Shown: positions 12,865-24,061 of the stretch, piece by piece | How the letters are laid out: every line of letters begins with the position of its first letter | How positions within the stretch are numbered: position 1 is the stretch's first letter | NCBI GenBank assembly: GCA_951406725.2 | Contig: OX597814.1 | Coordinates: 23,994,001-24,058,000, forward strand | Origin: Octopus vulgaris | Taxonomy: Eukaryota | Reading direction: 5' to 3' | Length of the DNA stretch: 64,000 bases | The notes under the pieces: model-generated | Told to the model about the DNA's origin: nothing | Database searches by the model: none | The model's input: only the letters and a program-made list of their open reading frames with translations | Translations under genes and position numbers: made by a program

Positions 12865-12982
12865 CTGTCAGTAAATCATAAATCCAAAATAGAAGCACAC
12901 TCTAAGTTATATAGCAGTAAAGTATTTAAAGATAGTTATGTTTCGTGGGTAACCCTATGAATCGGTCATAACTATCTTTATC

Positions 12983-13056
<74 letters not shown>

Positions 13057-13069
13057 AAACGTTTACAAA

Positions 13070-13107
13070 CTACAGTCCTCCACTCTACCAACTGAGCTTA
13101 GATAAGG
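13070..13107 (-). pseudogene. tRNA-Tyr(GTA)-derived 5' half
   Basis: Minus strand CCTTATCTAAGCTCAGTTGGTAGAGTGGAGGACTGTAG versus the metazoan tRNA-Tyr 5' exon CCTTCGATAGCTCAGTTGGTAGAGCGGAGGACTGTAG (recalled). No 3' half or B box seen. Confidence 0.75.
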
Positions 13108-13110
13108 CTT

Positions 13111-13181
13111 GTTTATGGGATTACCTTGAGTTTCACATCCATAAAGCACTTAGCTTTACAGCATATCATCAGATCCCAAAC
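13111..13181 (-). ncRNA. Type I hammerhead ribozyme motif (core intact)
   Basis: Minus strand: GTTT-GGGAT-CTGATGA-T-ATG-CTGTAAAGC-TAAGT-GCTTTATGG-A-TGT-GAAA-CTCAAG-GTA-ATCCC-AT-AAAC. Stem I is GGGAT/ATCCC, core CUGAUGA, a long stem II, GAAA, a short stem III and a GUA cleavage triplet. Confidence 0.7.
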
Positions 13182-14033
13182 CTGTTGGCTTATATATATA
13201 TATATATATATGATGAGCTTCTTTCAGTTTCAATCTACTAAATCCACTCACAAGGCTTTGGTCAGCCTGGGGATATAGTAGAAATAACTTGTCCAAAGTG
13301 CCATGCAGTGGAGCTGAATCTGGAGCCATGTGGTTGGGAAACAAGCTTCTAACCACACACCCATATATGTGCTTATGTGTAAAAAATCTTGAGATGGACT
13401 CATTAGCATACCAGTTCACTAGCCCCATAACCCAAAGGATGAGTTATTAATATACTAATACTTAAATTGTTGTTTGTCTATGACAGAGCACACTTAATTC
13501 TCACTAGCCCTGTGCATCAAGACACAGGTAATTCTGGATGGATCACTTCAGAAAGATTTGAAAATTCTAAAAAGTACAAAAACAATCATTATTCAAAAAT
13601 TGCTTGTCTAGCAAATAATTAGTTTGTTTTGAAAATGTTCAAACTTATACACAACCATTTACTAATACAAAAATTAATTGAAAAGTTACTAAACTAATTA
13701 TATTTGATATATTGTCAGAAAATCTTTTTTTTTTTTTTGCTTCAGATGTTGAGGAATGTTAATAAACTGATTAAAGAATGATTCTCAAATACATAACTAA
13801 CAATTGTTTTTAAAACACATCTCTTATGGGCAGCATTAACTTGTCGTCTGACAGCTTAAAATCAACAACCAATTAAAGTGTAGACTGCAGAGACAGTTGA
13901 GTTATTTATAATGCAATATTCTACTTTGATATTTCTAAAATCAGCCGAGTATTTATCCAGGGACGAGAAGTTCTGATTACAGAAATGAATAGAGTTATAT
14001 ATATATATATGTGTATACACATATATACATACA

Positions 14034-14069
<36 letters not shown>

Positions 14070-14197
14070 TTCTCTTATTCTTTTACTTGTTTCAGCCATA
14101 TGGCTGTGGTCATGTTGGAACACCATTGTAGTATATATGTTTACATATATACATGATTAAACAGAAGAGAAGAAAGTACAGTATATAATATACATAA

Positions 14198-14256
<59 letters not shown>

Positions 14257-14257
<1 letters not shown>

Positions 14258-14430
14258 CTGAAATTTGCAGAAAAACTAAAGATGAAGACAGGTGTATGAA
14301 CAACAAGCAGGTGTATTAGTTTGATGCTTAGGAGACTGTGAAAGTCTTTTACATTTTGAGCCTATGCTCTTCAACAGAAAGAATAAGAGAAAAAGAAAAA
14401 ACTTGTGGATTTAGGGATCAATACAGCCAC
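14257..14430 (-). mobile_element. Penelope-like terminal repeat relic with decayed minimal hammerhead
   Basis: Minus strand TCTTT-CTGTTGA-A-GAGC-ATAG-GCTC-AAAA-TG-TA-AAAGA (about 14345-14382), beside (TA)n. Stems I and II are retained but the core is mutated. Confidence 0.55.
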
Positions 14431-15469
14431 ACACACATATATATACATACAAAATTACACTAAAGAAGAGTAAGTACAATGTATGATATATATAGATAAA
14501 CTTAGATATGTTTCGACCAAAGATTGGCCCAGGCCATGTCTAACTTAAATTATTAATTTAAAGATTTAATTTAAAGATTTAGTTTAAAGATTGCTCATCC
14601 AGCAGTTTCGTATCAGCACGAATAATATTTGTGCTGATACATAAGCAGTTTTACTACAAAGGTTGTTCTGCTTGAAATTTCAATGAAATGTCTTAATTTG
14701 ATTAACATTGATTAAATTATATAGATTGCTTTTCTCATTTAAAATTTTCCATCTTGCTCATTATTACCATTTCCTATGTACCTGACTTATAAACTAATTG
14801 TTGATTCAGTAGACCTATAACAAAAGACATTTCAGTTGTAACCATTCCTTACTTTTTTTTCCTACAAAATTTCATATTGGAAAATTACAGTCCAGGATTG
14901 TATTATTGAATATATTCTTTCTTTTTAAGGAAGGAGATTTGGCTTCTATGTCTTGCTGTCTAAGTGACCATAGTAAGACATTCCCATTGGCTTAACGTGT
15001 AAATTTGTACAAATAGTGAAATAGATTTTTTGCTGTAAGTAGAAGTAGACTCTAATATTTCAGACAAGACCCTTCATTGGAAACAGAAAGTTTCTACTAG
15101 AAGCTTTAAATGTTTTTTTATTCCTCACAAATTAAAATTGATTCCACTCTTTTAGCTTACCTTGATTACCTTTTGCCAATGCAAAATACCACTACAAATT
15201 CTACTATTTCATTGGCAAATTACTCATTTGGTTAAGTTGACTTAATTCAGTAGATGCTAGTGATTTAAATCCTAGTAAGAATAATAAATAAATACATATA
15301 TATAGATCTATTCCATAGAAATAAGACTAAAGCTTGTATTAAAACACTTGATAAATCAAGCTATCAGTCTATTTTATAATCTTATTGCTCAAAGTTTGTA
15401 ATAATGGCATATTTTTATCTAAAAGAAAAACGAAAGGAAAAAAGAGACCCACTTACTGTAATGTGTTTT

Positions 15470-15705
15470 CTTTTTGCATGACACTATTGCCTAAGGTTCT
15501 CATGGTCTTTCCCATAGGCTTTTCTATCCATGGACAAACCTAATCTGTTTTCCCTTTTTACACACTCGCGGAGTGGTTGGCGTTAAGAAGGGCATCCAGC
15601 TGTAGAAACACTGCCAGATCAGACTGGAGCCTAGTGCTGCCCCTGGCTTCCCAGACTCCGGTCGAACTGTCCAACCCATGCTGGCGCGGAAAACGGACGT
15701 TAAAA

Positions 15706-15737
<32 letters not shown>

Positions 15738-15950
15738 CTGTGATAGACAATCCCTATTGATTGGCCTCACTTTTTTTTTTCACGATCCCTTTTGATCAGA
15801 ACCCACCTTTTTTTTCACGTTCCCTTTTGATCAGAATTCGCCCCCACCTTTTTTCCCCTTCTCTTCTTCCCAAAAAGAAAAGCTTTACTTTGTATTTTGT
15901 CCCTTCTGTATCTAGCCCTGCATGGCCAATAAAGAAGTCTATCTATCCTC
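15470..15950 (+). mobile_element. 3' UTR of Tx1/L1-like LINE (same family as 22262-22835), interrupted by a family D insert
   Basis: Shares taggcttt.ct.tcca.gga.aaaccta.tct, gatcccttttgatcagaa repeats and ttgtccctt..gtat..ag.cctg..tggccaataaagaagt(ctatctatc) with the 22.5-22.8 kb copy. Confidence 0.65.
15559..15735 (+). mobile_element. Family D RTE-tail fragment (young)
   Basis: cactcgcggagtggttggcgttaagaagggcatccagctgtagaaac...ggaaaacggacgttaaaa(gat)n, with CpGs retained. Confidence 0.85.
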
Positions 15951-16024
15951 ATTCTGAGTCCAAATCCTACTGGGAGTAAATGTCTTTCAGTGTTCCAGAA
16001 TTAATCAAATAATATCAGTAACAT

Positions 16025-16540
16025 AGATAACTTAGATAGCTTAGACATGTTTCATCAAAAGATCGGCTCTAGTCATGACTGACTTGCCAGGACCACCTGA
16101 TAGAATATGCTATGTCATTTTCAGACATGTCTTGTGGTATCATGTCCCATTCTAGTAGGAAGTTGTTGTTGACTGAGATGTCTCCAGGTATAGGTGGCTA
16201 ATCTGATATCCCTTGAAGAAATTTGTCCAGGTTTTATTTGAAGGAGATGGGGTCTTTTTCCTCTTTGATTTGTTTTGGGATAATGTAAGACCTGGATCTG
16301 GACCTTTGAAAGAAAAGACATTGTATTGTAATGAATTTATGTGTTATGAGCCTAAATTTCGTAGTGCGTGTATGACACATAGCTCCAGCCTTGGATTAAT
16401 TCTGAATCTGATGTTAAGGTCATTTGAGCAATGCTGGTGGTATATTTTCCACACTGTGCAAATGATGTAGCATTCATGGTGGCGCTGGAGAGAAAAGATT
16501 CAATGTTTTAAGGTGGTCCCAATAATCAAGATCAGTCATG
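16025..16540 (-). mobile_element. CR1-group LINE 3' end (RT C-terminus plus 3' tail), pseudogenised
   Basis: Minus-strand translation across a frameshift and stops: DYWDHLKTLNLFS/QRHHECYIICTVWKI...IPKQIKEEKDPISFK*NLDKFLQGISD*PPIPG...NNFLLEW. This fits the Y.ERL..L.L.SL.RRR / FK..LDKFL..IPD.P pattern. Confidence 0.8.
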
Positions 16541-17053
16541 TCTTTTACTTTTTAGTGAATGCGCTTTAAGGTGACTCAATTCTTATATTGTTTTGTTTGG
16601 TGTGGAGGGACTACAGTGGGCAGCAGTATTCTAGATATGGCCATACAAAGAAAACGGAGATTCAATCCAATTGATTATCACCCACTTTTTTCTCAAAGAA
16701 TATTCTTTTATACAGTGCTAAATAGGATCAAGACTTCATTCTTCAACTAATTTCGATGATCAATTTATATTCTTTATTGAAATGACTAAAGATTATATTG
16801 ACCAGATTTTTATATAACTAGTAATAATGTTTGAGTTTTTATAATTTAACAGACAAGTGAGATGTGATTCTTTCACTCTAGGAAGTAAATAACTTGAAAT
16901 AAGAGTTGAATGGAATTGTAATGATGAAAGTCATAACATGCCGGCAGGAAAATAACATCACTAGGTGAGATAAGCTGACACTGAATTAGCTTCACTGATT
17001 GACAGGTGATGGTCTCATTTAAAAGAATGCGTGGGCTAAGACTACGTGCCTTC

Positions 17054-17157
17054 ATTGGTCAGTTAAAGTTGAGACAGTGTCACGTGACAACTTGCTGGGG
17101 CTGTCTGCTGGAGACTAGCAGCAGGTATTTAAAGGGAAATTTGACAAGTCAGTCAGT
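17054..17157 (+). promoter_or_regulatory. Putative Pol II core promoter (possibly the U3/R region of an LTR)
   Basis: Reverse CCAAT (attgg) at 17054-17058, palindromic E-box tgtcacgtgaca at 17078-17089, TATTTAAA at 17126-17133, and TCAGT initiator-like motifs at 17149-17157. The last Inr A is 29 nt from the TATA start. Locally CpG-rich. Confidence 0.5.
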
Positions 17158-18050
17158 CAACCGCTGACACTCGTTGACACTACATCGAAGAGGCCAGGGA
17201 ACAGAAGAAAGAAGACATGCACCCAACACCAGAGTTGGAGACACCTCCGAAAGTATGGGGGCCCCGCCACGTCAAAACGTTTGAGGAGTAGGGGCTGAAA
17301 CTGGACGTGCTTCCTCCTGAAGATATCTTGAGCTAACTGGATCCTATAAAGAAGCTGTTGTGGTAGCAGACCACAAAACACGGTTGAGATTCCTCCAACA
17401 CATGCTAGCATGAAAAACAGACATAAAATGGTGATGATATGTAATATATAACTTGTGAGAAAAAAATATTGAGGATATAAAAAACATTCCAAAAATGTTA
17501 TTATTTATCTAATCTAAATTTATATATATGAAAATCAAAATAATTACAAAGTTGTTGAGAAATATGATTACAAAAGTACAGCCAGACATCACTTACAGGT
17601 AATATTGGCTTGATAACATGAACCATGCTTTTGTAAATTATCTGAGGTGCCTATATAGTTGTGAGGAAACAAAGACATATTTTTGGCCCTTCACTCTTGT
17701 TCTAGTAGAGCATCCAGAATGTAACAGCAGGGTGGAGAGTAGATATTCCTTATAGTTGAGTAGACTAGAGAAACTTGGAGGTCACTCAAAGTCAAAATGC
17801 ACTGTCTGATCTAGGAATTGAACTCACAATTGTTTGAACCTCAACCAAGCACCTTTACCACAAGACCATGTATCTTCATGATATATTGTATACTGATAAA
17901 GATGCTTTTTTGAGGACTGAACAGTGTTGTGAACATTACCAACTTTGTCTCTGTAATAATAATCATACATATGTATACACCTTGACACTCTTAAAACTCC
18001 ACAGAAATTAAGGTACATGCATGCATACATATGTACATTCACACACACAT

Positions 18051-18105
<55 letters not shown>

Positions 18106-18449
18106 TAGAGAGAGAGGGAGAGAATGAGTGAGAGAGATAAAGAGAGAGAGAGAGAGGGAGAGACAGAATGAGAGATGTACATTCTTAACATATCTGTCTA
18201 TGCTTGGACATAGAAACACTGCAAAAATTGTCTCAAGGGGAAAATTCTTATAGACAAAATATGTGTGGAAAAACACATCATATGAATGATGTCATCAGAT
18301 CATAGAATAGACACACTATTGCAATCATATACATGTGTGTGTGTATGATATCATTTTATACACCATGTATATGTTGCATGTATATATGTGTTTGTATTAT
18401 ATATATATGTATATGTATGCATATATAAATGTACATATGTATGGGTATG

Positions 18450-18481
<32 letters not shown>

Positions 18482-20329
18482 GATAGATATAGATACATCC
18501 ATACATACATACATACATACATACATAAACATACTGACTGATCAGATGTGCAACAATGAAAGAAGTAGACCTCAATATCGCTCAGACAGACGACTATATT
18601 TAATATATGCTTGTATATGATAATATATATTACATATATTTAATATATACATGCATGAATACATACATATACATAATATATATATATATATATATAATGC
18701 ATTTTAATAGGGAATCAAAAGTGAATAAGGGAATTTTCAATACCTATTAAATCTATCGTATTTTCAAACAGCTTTAATGTCTTTAATGTTTTGTACACTC
18801 TCTAGGGATTGTAGGAGAGCAATACAAATTTTGCTTTTTTAGATTAAAGATACTGGTTGGAAATTTTTAATGTAACTGACAACAAAAAAATGGAAAAAAC
18901 CTGTATAAAGAGAACAGACTAATATGAACTGACATTTCTCGCTACTGGAATCTGTCAGGTAATGTTTTTGTCATAGGTACATTACTTTGAACTAAGACAG
19001 ACACACTTCTTGTGTTTATTGAATAAAACACTTTGGCAGGATGCAATCTTAGAACACTATATCATTCTACTGTTTATCAGCTCTCAAGTTGTTATTTAGC
19101 TGTCTCTTCCTTGGGAGCTAATTTACATCTATGTAGATTAATGTACAAGTGTCTAGCTCTGTCTAAGTGATTGAGTATAAAAATTTGGGAGCAAAGAAGC
19201 CAATATCTTATCCATTTTACCCTTTGCAGTCTACTATAATTCTGTTCATATATGTATATGTATAATTATATATATATATATAATTCAGCTTCACTATAGC
19301 AGTACCAATATATAAATATATATATATAATTTAAATAACGAGGGTGATAAATTGAATATTAATTTAATTAACATCAATTTAAAACCAGCAGCCTAGCATA
19401 TAGAAAAATTTGAAAATTCAGAAAAATTTTAATACATGTGTATAATAGGGATAACCACTAAGTGGACATCCAATATGCTAGAAGAAGATCACTTATGATC
19501 TAACTACAAAGAAAAGAATGTTCTCTAGAGAAATTCAGCAAACACACACACACACACATATATAATCTAATACTGTATATAATACATTATACACACACAT
19601 ACGCACACACACATACACATAATGTATGTGTGTTAGAATACCTCCACACATGAATATGCATATGGAGAATATTTCTAGTTGACTGAAATTTCTTATTTAA
19701 TCATAATATGAATTCCCTATTTGTTTTAACAAATTTAGATGATTCATTTATTAAAATAATGTAATTAAAGATAATTTATCCAGATTATATAATTGGAAGT
19801 TTCTGGAAATCAAAACAAACTTCAAGCAGTATCTTTTGCCATTATGCAAATGTATCAATTTTAGGGATCAAAAGATATCCTCAAATCTGATATATATTTA
19901 ATATAGAAAAAAAAAAAGAGAAAAATTATTTTCTTTCCAATGGAATTCGTCCTTTCATTTGAAAGAATATTCTAGATACTTTCTGGAAGGTGATGTTACT
20001 TTTTTATGAATTTTTATAGTTGTGATTACCTTAAAGGCATAAATGATTTACAAAAACAAGAAAAATGTACATAAATGAAAGTCAATTGCAATACTTAACA
20101 AAATCTAAATTTCATTAAATATTCTTAAAATATTATGAACAAACATTACAAATAATATCATTATGTAACAGTATGTAATTGATTTCAGGGCTTCAATTTT
20201 TTTTGGTGTTGCAATTCTTGGTGAATTTCTTTAAAAAAATGGTGTTGAAAACTACTTTGTGAATTAAAAATCTCACTGACTGTGAGATTAAATAAGTTGG
20301 AAGCATTTAGAATATTACATTTAAGATAA

Positions 20330-20630
20330 ATAAATGGTAAAGACCCCCTTCTTTCATAAATGACTATGGGATTTCACTGAGAAAGTTCCCTTCCAAGGTT
20401 GTTTATGGAGAGCCAGCAGTCACCCAGGTATACCAGTCTCCCATCTTCATTCCACCGATGTAATCCAAGACCGATATAGCTTGGCACCAGGGACATTGCA
20501 ATTCATTTCTATAGCTAAGTGAACTGGAGCAATGTGAAATAAAGTGTCTTGCTCAAGAACACAACACACAGTCCAGTCTGGGAATCAAACTCACTACCTC
20601 ATGACTGTGAGCCCAATGCTCTAATCACTT
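20330..20630 (-). mobile_element. Family C SINE variant with a third tail type
   Basis: Reverse complement of the gtgttcttgagcaagacactttatttcacattgctccag body, with an unrelated tail ending ggtctttacc. Confidence 0.65.
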
Positions 20631-22261
20631 TTTGAAAACAAATTATTTCTTGAAACTCAGTACACATGCTTCCCTTAATTTTTTATATTATTCTCTCAAT
20701 GACTGTGTGCCAGTCAGCATAGCCAATGACTTTTCCATCCACTCTAATCCTCCAGACCTACACAGTCTTGTACAGCAGACTCCAAACATCCACTCCCTTA
20801 AAAAGCATTGCTTAGGGTGGACTATTAAACCCACAGCTATGTTATTGTATTCTCTACTGTATTGGGTCTGTGGTGCAAGCAATCCAAAAAATCTTTTCAT
20901 AATGATGGATACCTATGATTCTGCTGAATTTCAGAGATTTAATGAATTTTATATTAAATTGCAAAATCTATTACATAAAAATTTGTTACATAACAATAAC
21001 TAAGAAATAAGCATATTAATGCAGCAAATTGATTCATGAAGAATTAACTCTTTGATAAGAATTCCAGTATATGTGTCTGAGTATTTTAATTTTATAGTTT
21101 TAGAAGAATACACAGCATCTATAGATACAAGAGGAAACTGCAAATGCCGTCCCTATAATTAATAAATAAGTCAATAATAGCATCATTATTTGATAATTTT
21201 TATTTGAGTTTAACTTTAATATCTTTTGTCTACTGAAAACAAAATCAACAAACTCCATGTATAGTCATTTAGCTTAGACAACTGATTGTGTTATCAAACT
21301 TAGTTATTAACATTTTCACCTCTGCTAATTATGTGGCTTAGAAATGATAATGAAAACTGATGAGGCATATAAGATGAAAAAATAGACAAGTACTGTAAAC
21401 TCATAGATAAGGAGTGAATGAAAGAATTTAACACATGAAAGGAAATAACGTAGCACAATTCAACATAATCTAATACCATTAGACTTTACAAACTATAGAG
21501 ACAACTATACAATGTAATATTATATATTTATCTAATCTATAACTGAAATAGAATAGCCTAAATGATGCCTACAGAGAATTTTAATATTTCAGCAATACTT
21601 CCAGTAGATCTCACATTTCTTTTACTTATCTGTGAATGACTAATGTTTGTGATTTAAATGGTAAATTGATGAAATTACCAGCTTTTTTTAACGAATCCAT
21701 AAATATTCATTGGAAAAGATATGAAGTAATTTTATGAAGTTTATTTTGAATTAGCCCTGAAATAGTTTTACTATTTCTTAAGCTTATAAATCATTGGTAG
21801 AAAAAAACAATTGTCTGTGTCTTATTTAATGCAAGAACAATTTAAAATAAGAATTATTGCAGTGCATAGCAAGGATTCAATGGAAATATCTATTTAGCTG
21901 AAGATAAATAATGACAAAGGTTCCTTGTTTCAGTTTTGTTTAGAAATCTAAAAAAACTCAGTAATTAGCAGAAAAATACATTGAAAAGTTTTAAGTTTTC
22001 CGTAAAATGATGTTTCTTAGAAAAGTATCTGAATGTGTTACTGTTTCTTTAATTGTTTTAAAAATTTCATGTTCTCTATAGAAGACCGAAAAGAATATGT
22101 TTGGATATAATATATAACAAAGCAAGTGCAACAGAAATTAAGTTTAGACATTGCTATATGTTTAGGAACTTCACTTTGTAATTGCATGATCTGATCTAAG
22201 GTTCATTCTACTTGCATGAGTCTTTTGTTGTGTATCAATCTACCTATCTATCTGTCTGTCT

Positions 22262-22835
22262 GTCGTACTGGTGGCCATGGTGAAAGAAGGTGTGTGGTGG
22301 AATTGAGGGAAAAGATTAGAGACAAACACTTACCTCTTTGGTCAATTGCTCATCAACTTTTTCAAGTACCACTTGAAAAGGAAGGTGAGAATGGAGAGGC
22401 AAGTTTTGTCTCATGAAGGTTTCGAAAAAAGGTGGGTGAATGTAGCAAAGATGTTATGTGCAAGTGATGAAACCATTTTGAGCATGATCCTGTAAATCGA
22501 AAAAAACAGAGAGAGAGAGAGAGAGAGAGAGTACTTTGCTCTCATGTGTTTATTCCCTGCCTGCCAGAAACTACCGTAGTCTTTTCGATAGGCTTTCCTT
22601 TCCACGGATAAACCTAGTCTTGCTTTTTATACTTTTAAAATTCTTCTGTGAAACACAATCCCTTTTGATCATTTTTTTCCCCCCCGATCCTTTTTGATCA
22701 GAATTTTACTCTTTTTTTCTCATTTTTCCCATTTTCGTTTTCATTTTCGATAAGAAAGATCTACATTTGTATTTGTCCCTTCCGTATTCAGTCCTGTGTG
22801 GCCAATAAAGAAGTTATCTATCTATCTATCTATCT
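22262..22835 (+). mobile_element. Tx1/L1-like LINE 3' end (ORF2 C-terminus plus 3' UTR)
   Basis: Frame VLVAMVKEGVWWN*GKRLETNTYLFGQLLINFFKYHLKRKVRMERQVLSHEGFEKRWVNVAK...IL* fits the A K..IW..R ... F..RW terminus of Tx1 ORF2. The UTR ends AATAAAGAAGT then (TATC)n. Confidence 0.65.
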
Positions 22836-23078
22836 GCTGACTGCTGTCTACATACCTGTCTGATTGCCTATCTTTCTGTCTATCTGTCTGTCTATCTATT
22901 TATCTATCTGTGTGTATGTGTGTGCATGTATTTGTATTTATCTTTACTGGTTTTAATTGGTGTCGTGTCCAATTACATTAAAGCATAGCTTAAGCTTAGT
23001 GATTTGATAAATAGAAATCAATGAAATAAGTGAAGTAGCTAGTTCTAAAAGCTCTACAAGTGATGCAAGTAGTAACTC

Positions 23079-23168
23079 CATTGAAAAGTAATGTCTGTTG
23101 CTACTTCAACATGGCTGCTCCGTAGGGAACAGCCATGTTGAAGTGACAACAGACATTGCGTTTCAATG
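23079..23168. repeat. Near-perfect 43-bp inverted repeat with 4-nt loop
   Basis: Arms at 23079-23121 and 23126-23168 give 38/43 Watson-Crick pairs with no indels. Loop is GTAG. Confidence 0.9.
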
Positions 23169-24061
23169 AAATACGTACTGAACTGTAATAAGTGCTGGGG
23201 AATTACAATCAGCTGCAAACCTTTGAAGGTGGCATTCAAGGGGCAATACTCCTGAAATATGAATATACACCTATCATCTATCTTCGACTGCATTGTTTAT
23301 ATAGATGTATTCATACGTGTAACATTGTAACTCTCAGTGGCTCTAAATTCTATAGAAACTGTAGAGATGCACTTAAAAAATGAAAACAATGCATTGCTAA
23401 CACAAAGTAAAACACAATATTTTGACTTATAAACCTTTAATATACTTGGTTGTATATCATGGTTGCAAAACAAATTACGGTATCTTTCCTTACCAGCAAT
23501 TAACAATCAAAGGAATGAAACCAGAAAAAGAATAAAAGGATGATAAAAATTGGAGGAGGCACATGAAAGTAATGTTATGAGTAAACAAATGTTTAGATTA
23601 GTTCAAATATGCTTGGGACAATTTTAATCTGTTTAAAAGCTTTATTCACTGTGGCCTGCTGTTGATAGCTCTCACTTTATGTAATAGGTATTAAAAGCCT
23701 TCAGCAATCACTTCAAGGTACTCTCTGGCCAAGTGGTGAATGCATTTCTAGGTTCTTGATTATCTTCATCACTGTGTACAGCAAGAAAGACGACTCTGAA
23801 ATGATTTTGGAAACCTTTATTTCCTTATAGTAAAGCAACTCACATTTTGATATGGATTTGCTATGAAGAAATGTAGATTTCCAAAATCATTTGAGGGCTG
23901 TCTCTCTTGTGATAAAATGGTTACTGAGGATAGCACAAAAATACTTATTGAACATTTTGATGCATGCATGATTTCATGGTATTTGAAAGATGTAAGTGGA
24001 AAATATATAACTTATATTGTAGATTAGAAACCCCACCACCACCACCAACAACAACAACAAT

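Larger units (their letters stand above)
12405..13370 (-). mobile_element. Family B SINE (inverted relative to the 11437-12380 copy) with internal insertions
   Basis: Tail at about 12405-12620 and head at about 13210-13370, both reverse complement. They are separated by microsatellites and ribozyme-like inserts. Confidence 0.75.
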
